A stretch of 64,000 nucleotides of DNA from Chloroflexota bacterium (GCA_018648325.1 JABGRK010000010.1:200621-264620), one strand, 5' to 3'. Counted from the first letter of the stretch, positions 46,919 to 57,448 are shown. Numbers and translations: made by a program. The notes: generated from the letters alone by a model not told the origin.

Positions 46919-47695
46919 TTAGTGTCCTTTTAACACGCGGTGAGGGTGATCACCGTGGGCGATTATCTGTACCGGGCATTTGTAGGTTTCCTCCAGCATT
47001 TCCGGGCTTATCTCGGTATTGCCGTGGTAAAATAGCTGCCGGTTCAGGCAGGCTATCTTATCTACATATATAGATATGGCCGAAAGGTCGTGCGATACTA
47101 TGACTATAGCCATTTGCTGCTTTAGTTGCTCCAGCAGTTCGTAAAACTCTGTCTGTGCCGCGCTATCCACGCTGGCAGTCGGTTCGTCCAGCAGCAGCAG
47201 TTCCGGCTCGGTTGCCAGCGCGCGGGCAATAAACACCCTTTGTTGCTGCCCGCCGGAGAGACTGCCTATCTGTGTATCCTTGTGCTCCAGCATGCCCACT
47301 GTATCAAGGGCGTGTGCGGTTACCTCTTTATCATACTTGCTGTACCTCTTAAACAGGTTAGAGCCTTTTGCACGTCCCATCATTGCTACATCCCAGACGC
47401 TTACCGGGAAGCTGTGGTCAAACAGGTTGTGCTGGGTCACATATCCCATCAGGTTTTCGCCTTTCTGGCTACTGTATTTGCAATATAATAACTCCCCGCG
47501 AGTCGGCTTGATCAGCCCCAGTATTATTTTTAACAGGGTTGTTTTGCCGCCGCCGTTGGGTCCGATTATGCCCAGAAAATCGCCATGACCAATTGTTAAA
47601 TTGATGTCCTCCAGCACGGGAACGTCATTGTAATACATCCAGACGTTTTCAAGCCTGATAATATCTTCGGGTGGGTGTGCCTGATTCTTGTTCAT
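46919..47695 (-). CDS. znuC: Zinc ABC transporter ATP-binding protein
   Basis: GPNGGGKTT, LSGGQQQR, LLLDEPT. Confidence 0.85.
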   Translation of the reverse strand: MNKNQAHPPEDIIRLENVWMYYNDVPVLEDINLTIGHGDFLGIIGPNGGGKTTLLKIILGLIKPTRGELLYCKYSSQKGENLMGYVTQHNLFDHSFPVSVWDVAMMGRAKGSNLFKRYSKYDKEVTAHALDTVGMLEHKDTQIGSLSGGQQQRVFIARALATEPELLLLDEPTASVDSAAQTEFYELLEQLKQQMAIVIVSHDLSAISIYVDKIACLNRQLFYHGNTEISPEMLEETYKCPVQIIAHGDHPHRVLKGH

Positions 47696-48600
47696 TACTT
47701 AAGCTCCTGCGCTATGGCATTCGCTATCGCGCGCATATTTAATATGTAGTTAACTGGTAAGGGATCGATTTTAACTATCTGCCCCCCGGTCTCAGCAGCG
47801 ATTAGCTGAGCGTTATCCCTATCCTTTTCAGACTGCGGAGATACGAAAACATAGTTCAGATCATAAAGTCTAGCCAGCCTGATAGAACTTTCCAGCGTTT
47901 TAGCTGTTGCCTCGCTTCCACCAATCTCGATGGCATGCTGATTCAGGTCATACTCATTGCTAAAATAACCGAAAGACGGATGATAAATCATTATATTTCT
48001 GTTGGTTTTCTCGCTCAGTGTCTCCTCGATGTACTCGTCCAGTTCGTCGAGTTGATCAAGGTAGTCGTTTGTGTTTTGTGTATAAAATGCTGTGTTTTCC
48101 GGGTCGATTGCTATCAGTCTGTCGCTAATGTTTTCAATAATTGTTTTAGCATTTATTGGTGAGAGCCATATGTGTGGGTCTCCGCCGTGCTCGTCATCGT
48201 GCTGATCACCTTCGCCGTCCAGAAGCATGATTCCGTCTGAACAGTCGATCACCGGCATATCGGGGTTGAGCGCCTCAAAATCGCCCATCAGTGCCAGCTC
48301 GAAGTCTACGCTGGTTCCAACCTTTACATACACATCCGCTTGCGAGAGCATCTCCAGCTTGCTGGGCGCGAAATCAACGGTATGTGGGCTGTCTCCCGGC
48401 GCAATCATGGTTATCACCTCTACCTTGTTACCCCCGACTTGCTCTACAAAGTCGGCCAGGGGCAGAATTGTTGTAACCACCCTTATTTTGTCATCGGCCC
48501 ATGTCTTTCTCTTAAAATAAGTAGCAGAAACCGTCAGCGCCGCAACCAGCAGCACAATTGCCAAAATAGCAATGAGTTTTGCCTTTTTACTTTGCTCCAC
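47695..48600 (-). CDS. znuA: Zinc ABC transporter substrate-binding protein (TroA/ZnuA cluster-9) with His/Asp/Glu-rich loop
   Basis: Signal/TM at the N-terminus. Metal-ligand His residues. Acidic loop GDQHDDEHGGDPH. Confidence 0.8.
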   Translation of the reverse strand: MEQSKKAKLIAILAIVLLVAALTVSATYFKRKTWADDKIRVVTTILPLADFVEQVGGNKVEVITMIAPGDSPHTVDFAPSKLEMLSQADVYVKVGTSVDFELALMGDFEALNPDMPVIDCSDGIMLLDGEGDQHDDEHGGDPHIWLSPINAKTIIENISDRLIAIDPENTAFYTQNTNDYLDQLDELDEYIEETLSEKTNRNIMIYHPSFGYFSNEYDLNQHAIEIGGSEATAKTLESSIRLARLYDLNYVFVSPQSEKDRDNAQLIAAETGGQIVKIDPLPVNYILNMRAIANAIAQELK

Positions 48601-49054
48601 TTACGCTTCCTTCAGGTCTATCGTCCTTTTGGCATGATCGGCACAGGCCCATAAACTCCAGCAGGTGGCTGTTTATATCAAATCCGGTCTGTCTGGATAC
48701 CTTTTGCTCCATGTCGCTCAAATCACAACTGGTGAAGTCGGCCACTGTGCCGCAACCTGAGCAGATGAGATGGTGATGGTGCTGGTCGGGCCTGCGCAAC
48801 AGATAGCTGTGACAGTTGCCCCCGGAATGTACCTCGCAGATAAGCCCCAGCTCGGCAAGCAGTTCTATGGTCCGGTATACAGTAACCAGCCCTATGTTTT
48901 TGTGTTCGCGCCGTACTTTTTCATGGATAGCTGTCGGCGTCAGGTGGTCATGGCTTGCGGTCACCGCGCTTAAGATGGCATTTCGTTGCGGGGTAAGCCT
49001 ATAGCCTCGTGACTTGAGGACGGCCCCTATCTTTCGGGCGGTCAGTTTCATCAT
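48587..49054 (-). CDS. zur: Fur-family metalloregulator, probable Zur
   Basis: Start at ATG 49054, 4 nt after GGAG. C-terminal CxxC...CxxC. Sits directly upstream of znuACB and overlaps znuA by 14 nt. Confidence 0.8.
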   Translation of the reverse strand: MMKLTARKIGAVLKSRGYRLTPQRNAILSAVTASHDHLTPTAIHEKVRREHKNIGLVTVYRTIELLAELGLICEVHSGGNCHSYLLRRPDQHHHHLICSGCGTVADFTSCDLSDMEQKVSRQTGFDINSHLLEFMGLCRSCQKDDRPEGSVSGAK

Positions 49055-49068
49055 AACTCCATACTGTA

Positions 49069-49085
49069 AATGAAAACGTTTTTCA
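49069..49085 (-). promoter_or_regulatory. Candidate Zur box: near-palindrome TGAAAACG(T)TTTTCA in the zur-znu 5'UTR
   Basis: Lies between the minus-strand promoter (-35 TTGACA at 49130..49135, 17-nt spacer, -10 TATTAT at 49107..49112) and the zur RBS. Resembles TGAAAA-N-TTTTCA type Zur operators. Confidence 0.4.
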
Positions 49086-49168
49086 ACTGCGAGATAGCAG
49101 AGACACATAATACTGCGTGTTTTTCCTTTTGTCAAGGACGAGAACACCTGACCACAGAATCATGATTG

Positions 49169-49202
49169 ACAATTTATCCATTATTTGGTAAAATTTTTCA
49201 GG
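49169..49202 (+). promoter_or_regulatory. Sigma70-like promoter TTGACA-17-TAAAAT facing the V-ATPase operon (divergent from the zur promoter)
   Basis: Sequence is TTGACAATTTATCCATTATTTGGTAAAAT. Confidence 0.45.
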
Positions 49203-49389
49203 TTAAAAAGCGTAAAGGATTCCCGCATTATATCTCCCGGCCCAACGGGAGATTATGCCTAGAACGGGACACAGCTGACTTTCAATGGAGAGTACAAGGT
49301 AGTTTTAAAAAGTCCGGTACTTGCTGCGTATCAAGCAGTAGGGCCGTTTTTTTTTGAAAAATAAGCATAATCCTTTTTTGAGGTGACAC

Positions 49390-49701
49390 ATGGCCGAAGA
49401 GATAATTAGCACAATAAAAAAAATAGAAGCCGAGGCTGAAAAAGTCCTGGAAGATGCTAAGGCCAAGGCAACAGAAGTAATCATCAAGGCTAAAGATGAA
49501 GCCAACAAGATTCAATCCTCGGCGCTATCAGTTGGCACTGTCAATAAAGAGTGTGAAAAGCTGGTAAGCGATGCCAAGGCGCAGGCCGAGAAAATCGTTG
49601 AAGATGCCAAAGCCAAGGCAGAGGCAATTAAAGGTGAAGTGGCCAAACGCGTAGACCAGATTGTAAAACGTGTAGCAAATACGATAGTAGGTGTTGACTA
49701 A
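49390..49701 (+). CDS. V/A-type ATP synthase small peripheral-stalk subunit (G/H; NtpF-like)
   Basis: 103 aa, Ala/Glu/Lys-rich coiled coil. First gene of the operon. Confidence 0.7.
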   Translation: MAEEIISTIKKIEAEAEKVLEDAKAKATEVIIKAKDEANKIQSSALSVGTVNKECEKLVSDAKAQAEKIVEDAKAKAEAIKGEVAKRVDQIVKRVANTIVGVD

Positions 49702-51726
49702 ATGGCGTCAGTTTTATCAAAACTGAAATCGGCTCCTATAATATTTAACAAATCCGAACCTATGATGAAGGTGCGGGTGGTTACCCCCAAAGACGATACT
49801 GAGAAGGCGCTAAAAGCGTTGCATGAGATCGGCGCGCTGGATATTCAGGAAGAAAGCGCATCCGAAGCAGATGTAACTGCTATCGAGCTTGAAAGAGACC
49901 AGATTCGTGAGTCCCTGCGGCGTGTGGAAAGCATGCTGGCATATGTGAAAGAAAAAGAAACAGTTGCTCTGACCAAAGACGTCGGTGAAATGTATCAGAG
50001 GCCGCTTGCTTCTACTCACAGCGATATTGATCTGGTTCATAGCAAGATTGCCCGTATAGTTGAGAAGGCCGGGATCCTGCGTGAAGAGCTGTCCAACCTA
50101 CAGGAATTTAAAAAATATCTTGCTCCGCTGGCAGCAGAACTGAGTGTCGGATTAGATGACCTTGCCTACTCGGGCGGGTATCTTTATACAAACCTTTACG
50201 TTTTCGTGCTGGGAGTATCTGATACATTTATCGATCAGACGGGCGACCTGCTTTTTGACAACGTGGCTGTCTCTGTTGATGAAGAAGTGGTTGTTTACGT
50301 CGTTGCCAGAGCAACGGACGGTAAGGCAGTTAATTCCATAGCTGAGGGTTTGGGTGCCAAATCGCTGTCTTTGCCTTGTGACGCGCAGTCTATGGACAGT
50401 TATTTAACCGGACTTGATACAAAGATACCCCAGCTTGAAAAAGAGATAGAAGATCTTACCGAGGAAATCCTTAGCAACGCTAAGGAGAACCTTGAGGCAA
50501 TCGTCCTGCTTCAGTCAGTACTGACCGCAGAGGACGAACGTTTGGCATTTCTGTCAAATGCCTATAGTGCAAAGTATGTAACTGTAGTTGAGGGCTGGAC
50601 TGCCGAAAACGATGTCGAAGCTGTGACATCCCAGATGCAGGGAGCGGTGGATACTGCATACGTTGAGGCAAGAAAACCGTCTAAAACCGATGAACCTCCC
50701 TCAAAACTTAAAAACGTTAAGGGTGTAAAACCCTTTGAAGTTATCGTAAACCTGTTTTCAGTACCCAAGTATGGCGGTTGGGATCCCACGCCCATAGTGG
50801 CCTATTTCTTTGCCGCATTCTTCGGCCTTATGTTTGCTGATGTAGTATATGGCGTAATGCTGTTGCTTTCCGCTAAGTTCCTGTTGCATAAACTTGTTGA
50901 TGATCCCACAACAGACGGTTTTAAACTGTTCCGCAAGGTGCTTTATACCGGCGGTACTGTGGGCCTGATTTTAGGTTTGCTTGCCGGTAATTACTTGGGT
51001 GATTTTTATCACAGACCGCTTGGACTGCTTACAGATGCTCAAATTGATGCAGGCCAATCATTTGCACTTATTGATAGTGTTAGACACTGGTTAGGCAAGC
51101 CCATTAACTTCCTGGAGCTTTCGCTGTGGATGGGTTTGTTTCATGTAAATATCGCTCATGCCATAGGCCTTAAGATGGCAATCACACAGCGCAACAAGGC
51201 TGTAATTATCAGTAAAATAGCATTATTTACTATGCAAATAGCACTTATACCTATCATTACTTCCAGTATTCTGGGAAGCGGCAGATTGCCTGCACCGCCC
51301 GATTGGTTTATCTATATGGGGCTTATATCCATCATCGCTATCATCTCCGCGGCGATTATGGAGCGGGGTGGTTTCGGGGCCATCTTCTGGTTGTTTGATG
51401 TTACCGGGATAATAGGCGACACCATGTCATATGCCAGGCTTGCCGGCGTGGGGCTGGCAGGTTTCTATCTGGCCTCGGCTTTCAATCAGGTAGCAGTACT
51501 TATGCCGGAATTGCTGGGCGTTGTTTTGGGCACTATCGTAATGGTTCCAATCCTTATTGGAGCCCATTTAATTAACCTGTTTTTGGGTGTACTATCAGGC
51601 TTCGTTCACTCGTTGCGCTTGTGCTTCGTTGAGTTCCTTATGAAGTTCTATGATGGCGGAGGCAGGGAGTATGAAGCGTTTAAACTTAAAAAACCAAAAA
51701 GTGTAATTATTGGTGAAAAAACTTAA
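49702..51726 (+). CDS. atpI: V/A-type ATP synthase subunit I (a-subunit)
   Basis: 674 aa. Soluble N-terminal half followed by about 8 TM C-terminal helices with a conserved Arg region. Confidence 0.85.
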   Translation: MASVLSKLKSAPIIFNKSEPMMKVRVVTPKDDTEKALKALHEIGALDIQEESASEADVTAIELERDQIRESLRRVESMLAYVKEKETVALTKDVGEMYQRPLASTHSDIDLVHSKIARIVEKAGILREELSNLQEFKKYLAPLAAELSVGLDDLAYSGGYLYTNLYVFVLGVSDTFIDQTGDLLFDNVAVSVDEEVVVYVVARATDGKAVNSIAEGLGAKSLSLPCDAQSMDSYLTGLDTKIPQLEKEIEDLTEEILSNAKENLEAIVLLQSVLTAEDERLAFLSNAYSAKYVTVVEGWTAENDVEAVTSQMQGAVDTAYVEARKPSKTDEPPSKLKNVKGVKPFEVIVNLFSVPKYGGWDPTPIVAYFFAAFFGLMFADVVYGVMLLLSAKFLLHKLVDDPTTDGFKLFRKVLYTGGTVGLILGLLAGNYLGDFYHRPLGLLTDAQIDAGQSFALIDSVRHWLGKPINFLELSLWMGLFHVNIAHAIGLKMAITQRNKAVIISKIALFTMQIALIPIITSSILGSGRLPAPPDWFIYMGLISIIAIISAAIMERGGFGAIFWLFDVTGIIGDTMSYARLAGVGLAGFYLASAFNQVAVLMPELLGVVLGTIVMVPILIGAHLINLFLGVLSGFVHSLRLCFVEFLMKFYDGGGREYEAFKLKKPKSVIIGEKT

Positions 51727-51745
51727 AAAAGGGGGAGTTGCATAA

Positions 51746-52255
51746 ATGGAAGAATTACTAACTAATTTAATTTCGCCACAATCCTTAGCAGTTCTCGGTG
51801 GAGCTATTGCTCTTGCCGGTGGACTGGCTGGATCGTCAATTGGTATTGCCACAGCTGCAAGCGCTGGGGCGGCCACTTTGTCGGAAGATCCCAAACAATT
51901 CCGTAATGTGCTGCTGCTGTCCGCTCTGCCGATGACGCAGACGTTCTATGGGCTGATTATCCTGATTCTGTTCATAACGCTGGCCATACCCAATATGGGT
52001 AATTTCCTGCCGGATACAGCCAATGGCCTGGGTGCAGGATTTGCAATGCTGGCATGCGGCATCATCGGTGGTGTTGCACAGTTCGTATCCGCTATATACC
52101 AGGGGCAGGTATGTGCTTCTGCCATATCGCTGCTGCCTAAAACCAAGGGCAAAATTCTTACAAACGGCATGATGCTTGCTGTATTTGTTGAGCTGTTTGG
52201 TATTCTGGGTCTGGTAGGAACGATCATCGCACTAGTCCTAAGTGGACTGATGTAG
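51746..52255 (+). CDS. atpK: V/A-type ATP synthase proteolipid subunit K (c), duplicated double-hairpin form
   Basis: 169 aa, 4 TM, Gly/Ala-rich helices. Confidence 0.85.
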   Translation: MEELLTNLISPQSLAVLGGAIALAGGLAGSSIGIATAASAGAATLSEDPKQFRNVLLLSALPMTQTFYGLIILILFITLAIPNMGNFLPDTANGLGAGFAMLACGIIGGVAQFVSAIYQGQVCASAISLLPKTKGKILTNGMMLAVFVELFGILGLVGTIIALVLSGLM

Positions 52256-52264
52256 GAGAGTCTT

Positions 52265-52855
52265 ATGACTGGAATGGATAAAATCAGCGGGGCTATCCTG
52301 GATAAGGTCAAGGCTGAGGCAACAGGCATTATTAGTGATGCCCAGGCCAAAGCCAGGGAAGTCATAGCTGAAGCCGAAAAAACAAAGATTGCCAAGGCTG
52401 AGGTCGCAAAGAATAAACTGCTGGACGTGGCCAAAGCCGAAGCCGGCAGAATTCTGGCTCAATCCTCTATCAAGTCACGGCAGCAGTTGCTGACTGCCAA
52501 AGCCGATATCATTGAGGAAACCACCGAGAAGGTAAGAAAAGCGGTGGCGGCAGGTAAAAGCAGCGACAAAGGTATGACAAAACTGATTGTGGAAGCCTTA
52601 TCAGGGCTTAATACCAAGGATGCCATACTGTATGTCAAAGCCGGTGATGTGGAATTGGCCAAAAAAGTGGTTGCGGCAGACAAAAAGCTGGCCGACAGGG
52701 TGACCAAGGTCGAAAAGATCGAGTGCACCGGCGGCGTGATTGCCGAGGACACCATAGGTAAAACCAGGATAGATAATACTTATGACACAAGGCAGGATAT
52801 ACTTCTGCCCAAGCTTATGCCAGAGGTAAGCAAAGAACTGTTTGAAAACATCTAG
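52265..52855 (+). CDS. atpE: V/A-type ATP synthase subunit E
   Basis: 196 aa. Ala/Lys/Glu-rich N-terminal helix and a C-terminal globular part. Confidence 0.8.
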   Translation: MTGMDKISGAILDKVKAEATGIISDAQAKAREVIAEAEKTKIAKAEVAKNKLLDVAKAEAGRILAQSSIKSRQQLLTAKADIIEETTEKVRKAVAAGKSSDKGMTKLIVEALSGLNTKDAILYVKAGDVELAKKVVAADKKLADRVTKVEKIECTGGVIAEDTIGKTRIDNTYDTRQDILLPKLMPEVSKELFENI

Positions 52856-52865
52856 GAGCTGACTG

Positions 52866-53921
52866 TTGTTAAGTGCTGGATATGCATTTTTAGCGGCGTA
52901 CCTGAAGGGCGAAGAGTCCAAGATGGTGAGCGCCGAACATATGGACGCTATTTTCCGGAACTCTAAGGTTCAGGACGCACTGGTATCCATCAAGGATACG
53001 GATATGGGCGGGTATTTCGAAGAAGTATCTCCCAGCGCTCTTGCTACCTTCGATGACGTAGACCTGCATCTGTGGCTTTATCTTGGTAAATGCCTGGACC
53101 AGTTCAAGTGGTTCAGCATCGTACCTAAAGAGGTAAGGCAGGTGGTCGCCGCGCATGTTGTGAAATATGATGTATCCAACGTCAAAGTCGCACTGCGTGG
53201 ACTGGATACCGAGGAGAAGGTTCGCATGATACCGGTCGGTGTTATTCATAATGCCGAGATGCTAGAGTCATTGTCCGGTGCCGAGACTGTGGACGATATA
53301 ATACAGGTTCTTGTGCAGTCCAACCTGAGTCCTTATGCCGCTATCCTTAAGGAAAGCGAAGAGGCGCTCACGCAGAGTTCAAAACAACGTCTGGCAGTTG
53401 AGGCAGAGCTTGATAAGCAGTACTACGCAGATGTCCTTGCGTCTGCCAAAAAGATGAAGGACGGCAAGCAGTTCCTTACTATACAGGGAGTGGTTACCGA
53501 CTACATAAACCTGCAGGTAATATTCAGGGCTGTAATCAACGGCATAGGTCCTGAGGCGTCCGGCTATCTCATTGCCGGTGGCAGTGACCTGAGTGCCGAA
53601 ATAATGGCTGATCTGCTAAATACCAAGTTTGGTGACCTGCTGGGTAAACTTGAGTCAACCAGATACAAAGAGGTTGCTGAGGAGCTGACCGTCAACTACG
53701 ACAGGACTCATAGTATAACTGTGGTTGACGAGGTTATCGAAATGCACAAGTTCACCTACATCAGGGAGATGGTATCTACCAAAATCCTGTCTCCGTTGCT
53801 CATGTCCTGGTATCTGGTGCTAAAAGAGCTTGAAGTCAGAAATGTAAGATTGATTCTTAAAGCCATAAGCGACGATGTTCCCTATGAGAAGATAAAAGAT
53901 TATTTGGTGCTGAGCTCATGA
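52866..53921 (+). CDS. atpC: V/A-type ATP synthase subunit C (d/AC39)
   Basis: 351 aa. Conserved operon position and size. Start codon uncertain. Confidence 0.75.
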   Translation: MLSAGYAFLAAYLKGEESKMVSAEHMDAIFRNSKVQDALVSIKDTDMGGYFEEVSPSALATFDDVDLHLWLYLGKCLDQFKWFSIVPKEVRQVVAAHVVKYDVSNVKVALRGLDTEEKVRMIPVGVIHNAEMLESLSGAETVDDIIQVLVQSNLSPYAAILKESEEALTQSSKQRLAVEAELDKQYYADVLASAKKMKDGKQFLTIQGVVTDYINLQVIFRAVINGIGPEASGYLIAGGSDLSAEIMADLLNTKFGDLLGKLESTRYKEVAEELTVNYDRTHSITVVDEVIEMHKFTYIREMVSTKILSPLLMSWYLVLKELEVRNVRLILKAISDDVPYEKIKDYLVLSS

Positions 53922-54271
53922 CAGATTTAAAGAACTTAGACGTAACAGTAATAGGAAACCGGGAGCTGGTTACCGGCCTTAGGCTGGCCGGGATGAGCAA
54001 ATTCTATCTGATCGATGGCGAACACGACATCGCCGGGCAGGTAAAAAAGGCTCTTGATGAACTGCTGGAAGATAAGTTAACCGGGATAATAATCCTGCAG
54101 GAAGACTATGTCCAGTATGTAGAAGATACGGTAAACAGGATTCGGGGATCAAGAGAACCGATACCTGTAATTATAGAGGTCCCTTCTAAATACGGTACAA
54201 AGTACCCCGATGTAAAAGCTTATTATAAGGCTTACATCAGGAAATTTATTGGATTTGACGTAGAGTTATAA
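53918..54271 (+). CDS. atpF: V/A-type ATP synthase subunit F
   Basis: 117 aa. Overlaps the upstream gene by 4 nt. Confidence 0.8.
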   Translation: MTDLKNLDVTVIGNRELVTGLRLAGMSKFYLIDGEHDIAGQVKKALDELLEDKLTGIIILQEDYVQYVEDTVNRIRGSREPIPVIIEVPSKYGTKYPDVKAYYKAYIRKFIGFDVEL

Positions 54272-54302
54272 GGTTACATCCATCATATTCGGAGGATGAA
54301 GT

Positions 54303-56042
54303 ATGGGCAAAATATGGAGGGTTTCAGGTCCTTTAGTAGTAGCTGAAGGCATGAGAGGTTCCAAGGTTTATGAGGTCGTTCAGGTAGGCGACGAAGGGCT
54401 TATCGGCGAGGTTATCGGCCTTGACGGTGATCAGGCTGTGATACAAACCCATGAGGAAACTCAGGGGTTAAAGATCGGTGAGAACGTGACCCCAACAGGT
54501 CGAATTCTCACGGTTGATCTGGGTCCCGGCCTTATCGGGTCTATCTATGACGGACTTCAAAAATCTCTGCTTACCCTGATCGAGAACTCGGGCCATTTCA
54601 TTAAGCGTGGTGCCACATCAGAGGCACTTTCGCCCAGTGCGAAATGGGATTTCCAGCCGGTGCTTAAAGTTGGAGATAGAGTTCAGGGTGGAGATATTAT
54701 CGGTGTGGTTCCGGAAACAGAACTGGTGGCACACAAGATAATGGTCCCGCCGGATATGGGCGGCGTGATAACAGAGCTCAATAAAGGCGCATATACTATT
54801 GAGGATATGATCTGCCGCCTGGAAAACAATGGCGACAAAACGGATCTCACCTTAATGCAGAAGTGGCCGGTAAGAAAACCAAGGCCTTACAGGTCCAGAC
54901 GTGACCCAACCGACCTGCTGGTTACCGGTATGCGCATTATCGACTATATGTTCCCGCTGTCGCTGGGTGGTAAAGCCGGAATCCCGGGTGGATTCGGCAC
55001 AGGCAAAACCGTTACACTGCAGCAGTTGGCCAGATATGCACAAACGCATCTTAATATCTATGTTGGTTGCGGCGAGCGCGGCAACGAGATGGCCGATGTA
55101 CTGTACAGTTTCCAGGATCTTACCGATCCTCTTACCGGCAGACCCCTTAAAGAGAAAGAGATTTTCATAGCCAATACTTCCAACATGCCTGTGGTGGCCC
55201 GTGAAGTAAGTATCTTCGTTGGTATTACCATCGGTGAGTACTTCAGGGATATGGGCTACGACGTTCTGCTTGTTGCCGATTCAACGTCCAGATGGGCCGA
55301 GGCAATGAGAGAGCTTGGCGGAAGACTTGAAGAAATGCCCGGTGAGGAAGGATTCCCGGCGTATATGGGTTCCAGACTCTCGGCTTTCTATGAAAGAGCC
55401 GGTAGAGTGGAAACAGTGGGCAGCCCGGACAGAGTGGGCTCGCTTACGGCCATGGGTGCTGTGAGCCCTCCAGGTGCTGACTTCTCAGAGCCGGTTACAC
55501 AGACCACGCTTAGAATCATTGAGGCGCTTTATTCGCTGGATGTCTCGCTTGCCAACAAGCGTCACTTTCCGGCAATCAGCTGGCTTAGCAGCTACAGCCT
55601 GTACGTCGGTTCCACCAAGGAGTGGTGGGACAAGATAGACACGGCGTGGGAAGACACCCGTAACTCCGCTATGAGAATCCTGCAGAAGGAAGCAGAGCTG
55701 GAAGAGATCGTAAGGCTGGTTGGTCCCGAGGCTATGCCTGAGGCCGATAAATTGCTGCTGCTCTCTGCCAAGATGCTGCGTGAGGATTTCCTTATGCAGA
55801 ATGCATATCATCACATCGACACATACTGTGCTCCCAAGAGAGCGCACCTTATGATGAAAACGATGATGCGCTTCTATGAACTGTCTCAGGGGATGATGGA
55901 ATCAGGAATGACGGTTGCCGAAATCAGGCAGTCGCCCATGATAACCAAGATATCCCGTATGAAAGATATTGAAAACGACGTTTTCGAAGATAAAGTCAAG
56001 GAACTTTGGGCTGAAATGGAATCCGGGTTGGTTGCCCGATAG
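54303..56042 (+). CDS. atpA: V/A-type ATP synthase catalytic subunit A
   Basis: 579 aa. P-loop GGFGTGKTV. Non-homologous insert region typical of A subunits. Confidence 0.95.
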   Translation: MGKIWRVSGPLVVAEGMRGSKVYEVVQVGDEGLIGEVIGLDGDQAVIQTHEETQGLKIGENVTPTGRILTVDLGPGLIGSIYDGLQKSLLTLIENSGHFIKRGATSEALSPSAKWDFQPVLKVGDRVQGGDIIGVVPETELVAHKIMVPPDMGGVITELNKGAYTIEDMICRLENNGDKTDLTLMQKWPVRKPRPYRSRRDPTDLLVTGMRIIDYMFPLSLGGKAGIPGGFGTGKTVTLQQLARYAQTHLNIYVGCGERGNEMADVLYSFQDLTDPLTGRPLKEKEIFIANTSNMPVVAREVSIFVGITIGEYFRDMGYDVLLVADSTSRWAEAMRELGGRLEEMPGEEGFPAYMGSRLSAFYERAGRVETVGSPDRVGSLTAMGAVSPPGADFSEPVTQTTLRIIEALYSLDVSLANKRHFPAISWLSSYSLYVGSTKEWWDKIDTAWEDTRNSAMRILQKEAELEEIVRLVGPEAMPEADKLLLLSAKMLREDFLMQNAYHHIDTYCAPKRAHLMMKTMMRFYELSQGMMESGMTVAEIRQSPMITKISRMKDIENDVFEDKVKELWAEMESGLVAR

Positions 56043-56053
56043 GAGGAGTCTAA

Positions 56054-57448
56054 ATGACAACGGAACCCCTATATGTAAAAGAAGCAAAATCTATAAGCAA
56101 GGCCAAGGGTTCCCTGCTGTTTGTAGAGAGCGTACCCGACATCAGGTTTGGTGAGATCGTCGATGTGCGTCTGGCAAATGGTGAGGTGAAGCTGGGACAG
56201 GCCATTGACATATCCAAGGAAACATCTGTTATTCAGGTGTTTGGTGGTGTCAGCGAGGTTGATCTTATCGGCTGTAAGGTTAGGTTTAAGGGTGAGACCC
56301 TGCGTCTGCCCGTATCCAAAGACCTGCTGGGCCGAATTTTTAACGGCAGAGCCGAGCCAATGGATGGCGCTCCACCGATAGTCCCTGAGGATTATCTGGA
56401 TGTTAACGGCGAGCCCATCAACCCGGCATCGCGTATCCCACCAGCCGAGTTTATCGAGAGCGGTCTGTCATGTATTGATGGCCTCAACGCGCTGGTCAGA
56501 GGGCAGAAACTGCCTATATTCAGCGGTTCCGGACTGCCACACAACCGTATTGTGGCGCAGATTATGCGTCAGGCTACGGTGAAGGGCACAGACGAGCAAT
56601 TCGCCATCGTGTTTGCGGCTATTGGTGTCAGTTATGATGATGCCTCCTTCTTTATGAAAAACCTTGAGCAGACCGGTTCTCTTGACAGAACGGTCGCATT
56701 TATTAACACCGCATCCGATCCGGTGATCGAGCGCATATCAACGCCGCGTTTGGCGCTGACCGCTGCTGAGTATCTGGCATGGGAGCACGATATGCACGTG
56801 CTGGTTATCATCACCGACATGACAAATTATTGTGAAGCGCTGCGTGAGCTCTCTGCTATGAAAGAGGAGATTCCCTCAAGGCGCGGTTATCCCGGATATA
56901 TGTACACTGATCTAGCCATGATTTATGAGCGTGCCGGCAGGATCAAAGGCAAAGAGGGATCGGTTACTATTATGCCTATCCTGACCATGCCTGATGACGA
57001 TATCACCCATCCTATCCCTGATTTGACCGGATATATCACCGAGGGACAGGTTGTTCTTTCGCGTGCTCTGGATAGAAAGGGTATTTATCCGCCCATCGAC
57101 GTGTTCCTGTCACTCTCTCGTATGATGAAAGAGGGTATCGGTCCGGGCAAAACCCGTGAGGATCACAACAACGTATTTATGCAGTCCTACGCGGTTTATG
57201 CTGAGGGCGTTTATCTTAGAGAGATATCGACCATCGTTGGTGCCGATGCACTTACCGACAGGGACAGGCAGTATCTGGCCGCCGCCGACAGGTTTGAAAA
57301 CGAGTTCATTTCTCAGGGTGAGAATGAGAAGAGAACCGTTGAAGAGACACTGGGCATATCATGGGATATCTTCGCTTCATTACCAGAGGAAGAACTCAAG
57401 CTTATCAGTCAGGAGTTCATCAAGAAGTATCTGCCCAAGAAAGATTAG
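56054..57448 (+). CDS. atpB: V/A-type ATP synthase subunit B
   Basis: 464 aa, B-subunit pattern (SGSGLPHN...). Confidence 0.95.
   Translation: MTTEPLYVKEAKSISKAKGSLLFVESVPDIRFGEIVDVRLANGEVKLGQAIDISKETSVIQVFGGVSEVDLIGCKVRFKGETLRLPVSKDLLGRIFNGRAEPMDGAPPIVPEDYLDVNGEPINPASRIPPAEFIESGLSCIDGLNALVRGQKLPIFSGSGLPHNRIVAQIMRQATVKGTDEQFAIVFAAIGVSYDDASFFMKNLEQTGSLDRTVAFINTASDPVIERISTPRLALTAAEYLAWEHDMHVLVIITDMTNYCEALRELSAMKEEIPSRRGYPGYMYTDLAMIYERAGRIKGKEGSVTIMPILTMPDDDITHPIPDLTGYITEGQVVLSRALDRKGIYPPIDVFLSLSRMMKEGIGPGKTREDHNNVFMQSYAVYAEGVYLREISTIVGADALTDRDRQYLAAADRFENEFISQGENEKRTVEETLGISWDIFASLPEEELKLISQEFIKKYLPKKD

Noticed and set aside
49203-49357. RNase P-like AAAGUCCGG string in the leader upstream of the ATPase operon
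   Set aside because: The region is far too short for RNase P RNA (~150 nt versus 350-400 nt) and lacks its other universally conserved regions. Kept only as a generic structured leader or sRNA candidate.
49166-49357. 63-aa ORF from the six-frame track
   Set aside because: It overlaps the promoter and structured leader, has no RBS, and ends in the terminator T-run. Most likely a non-coding shadow.
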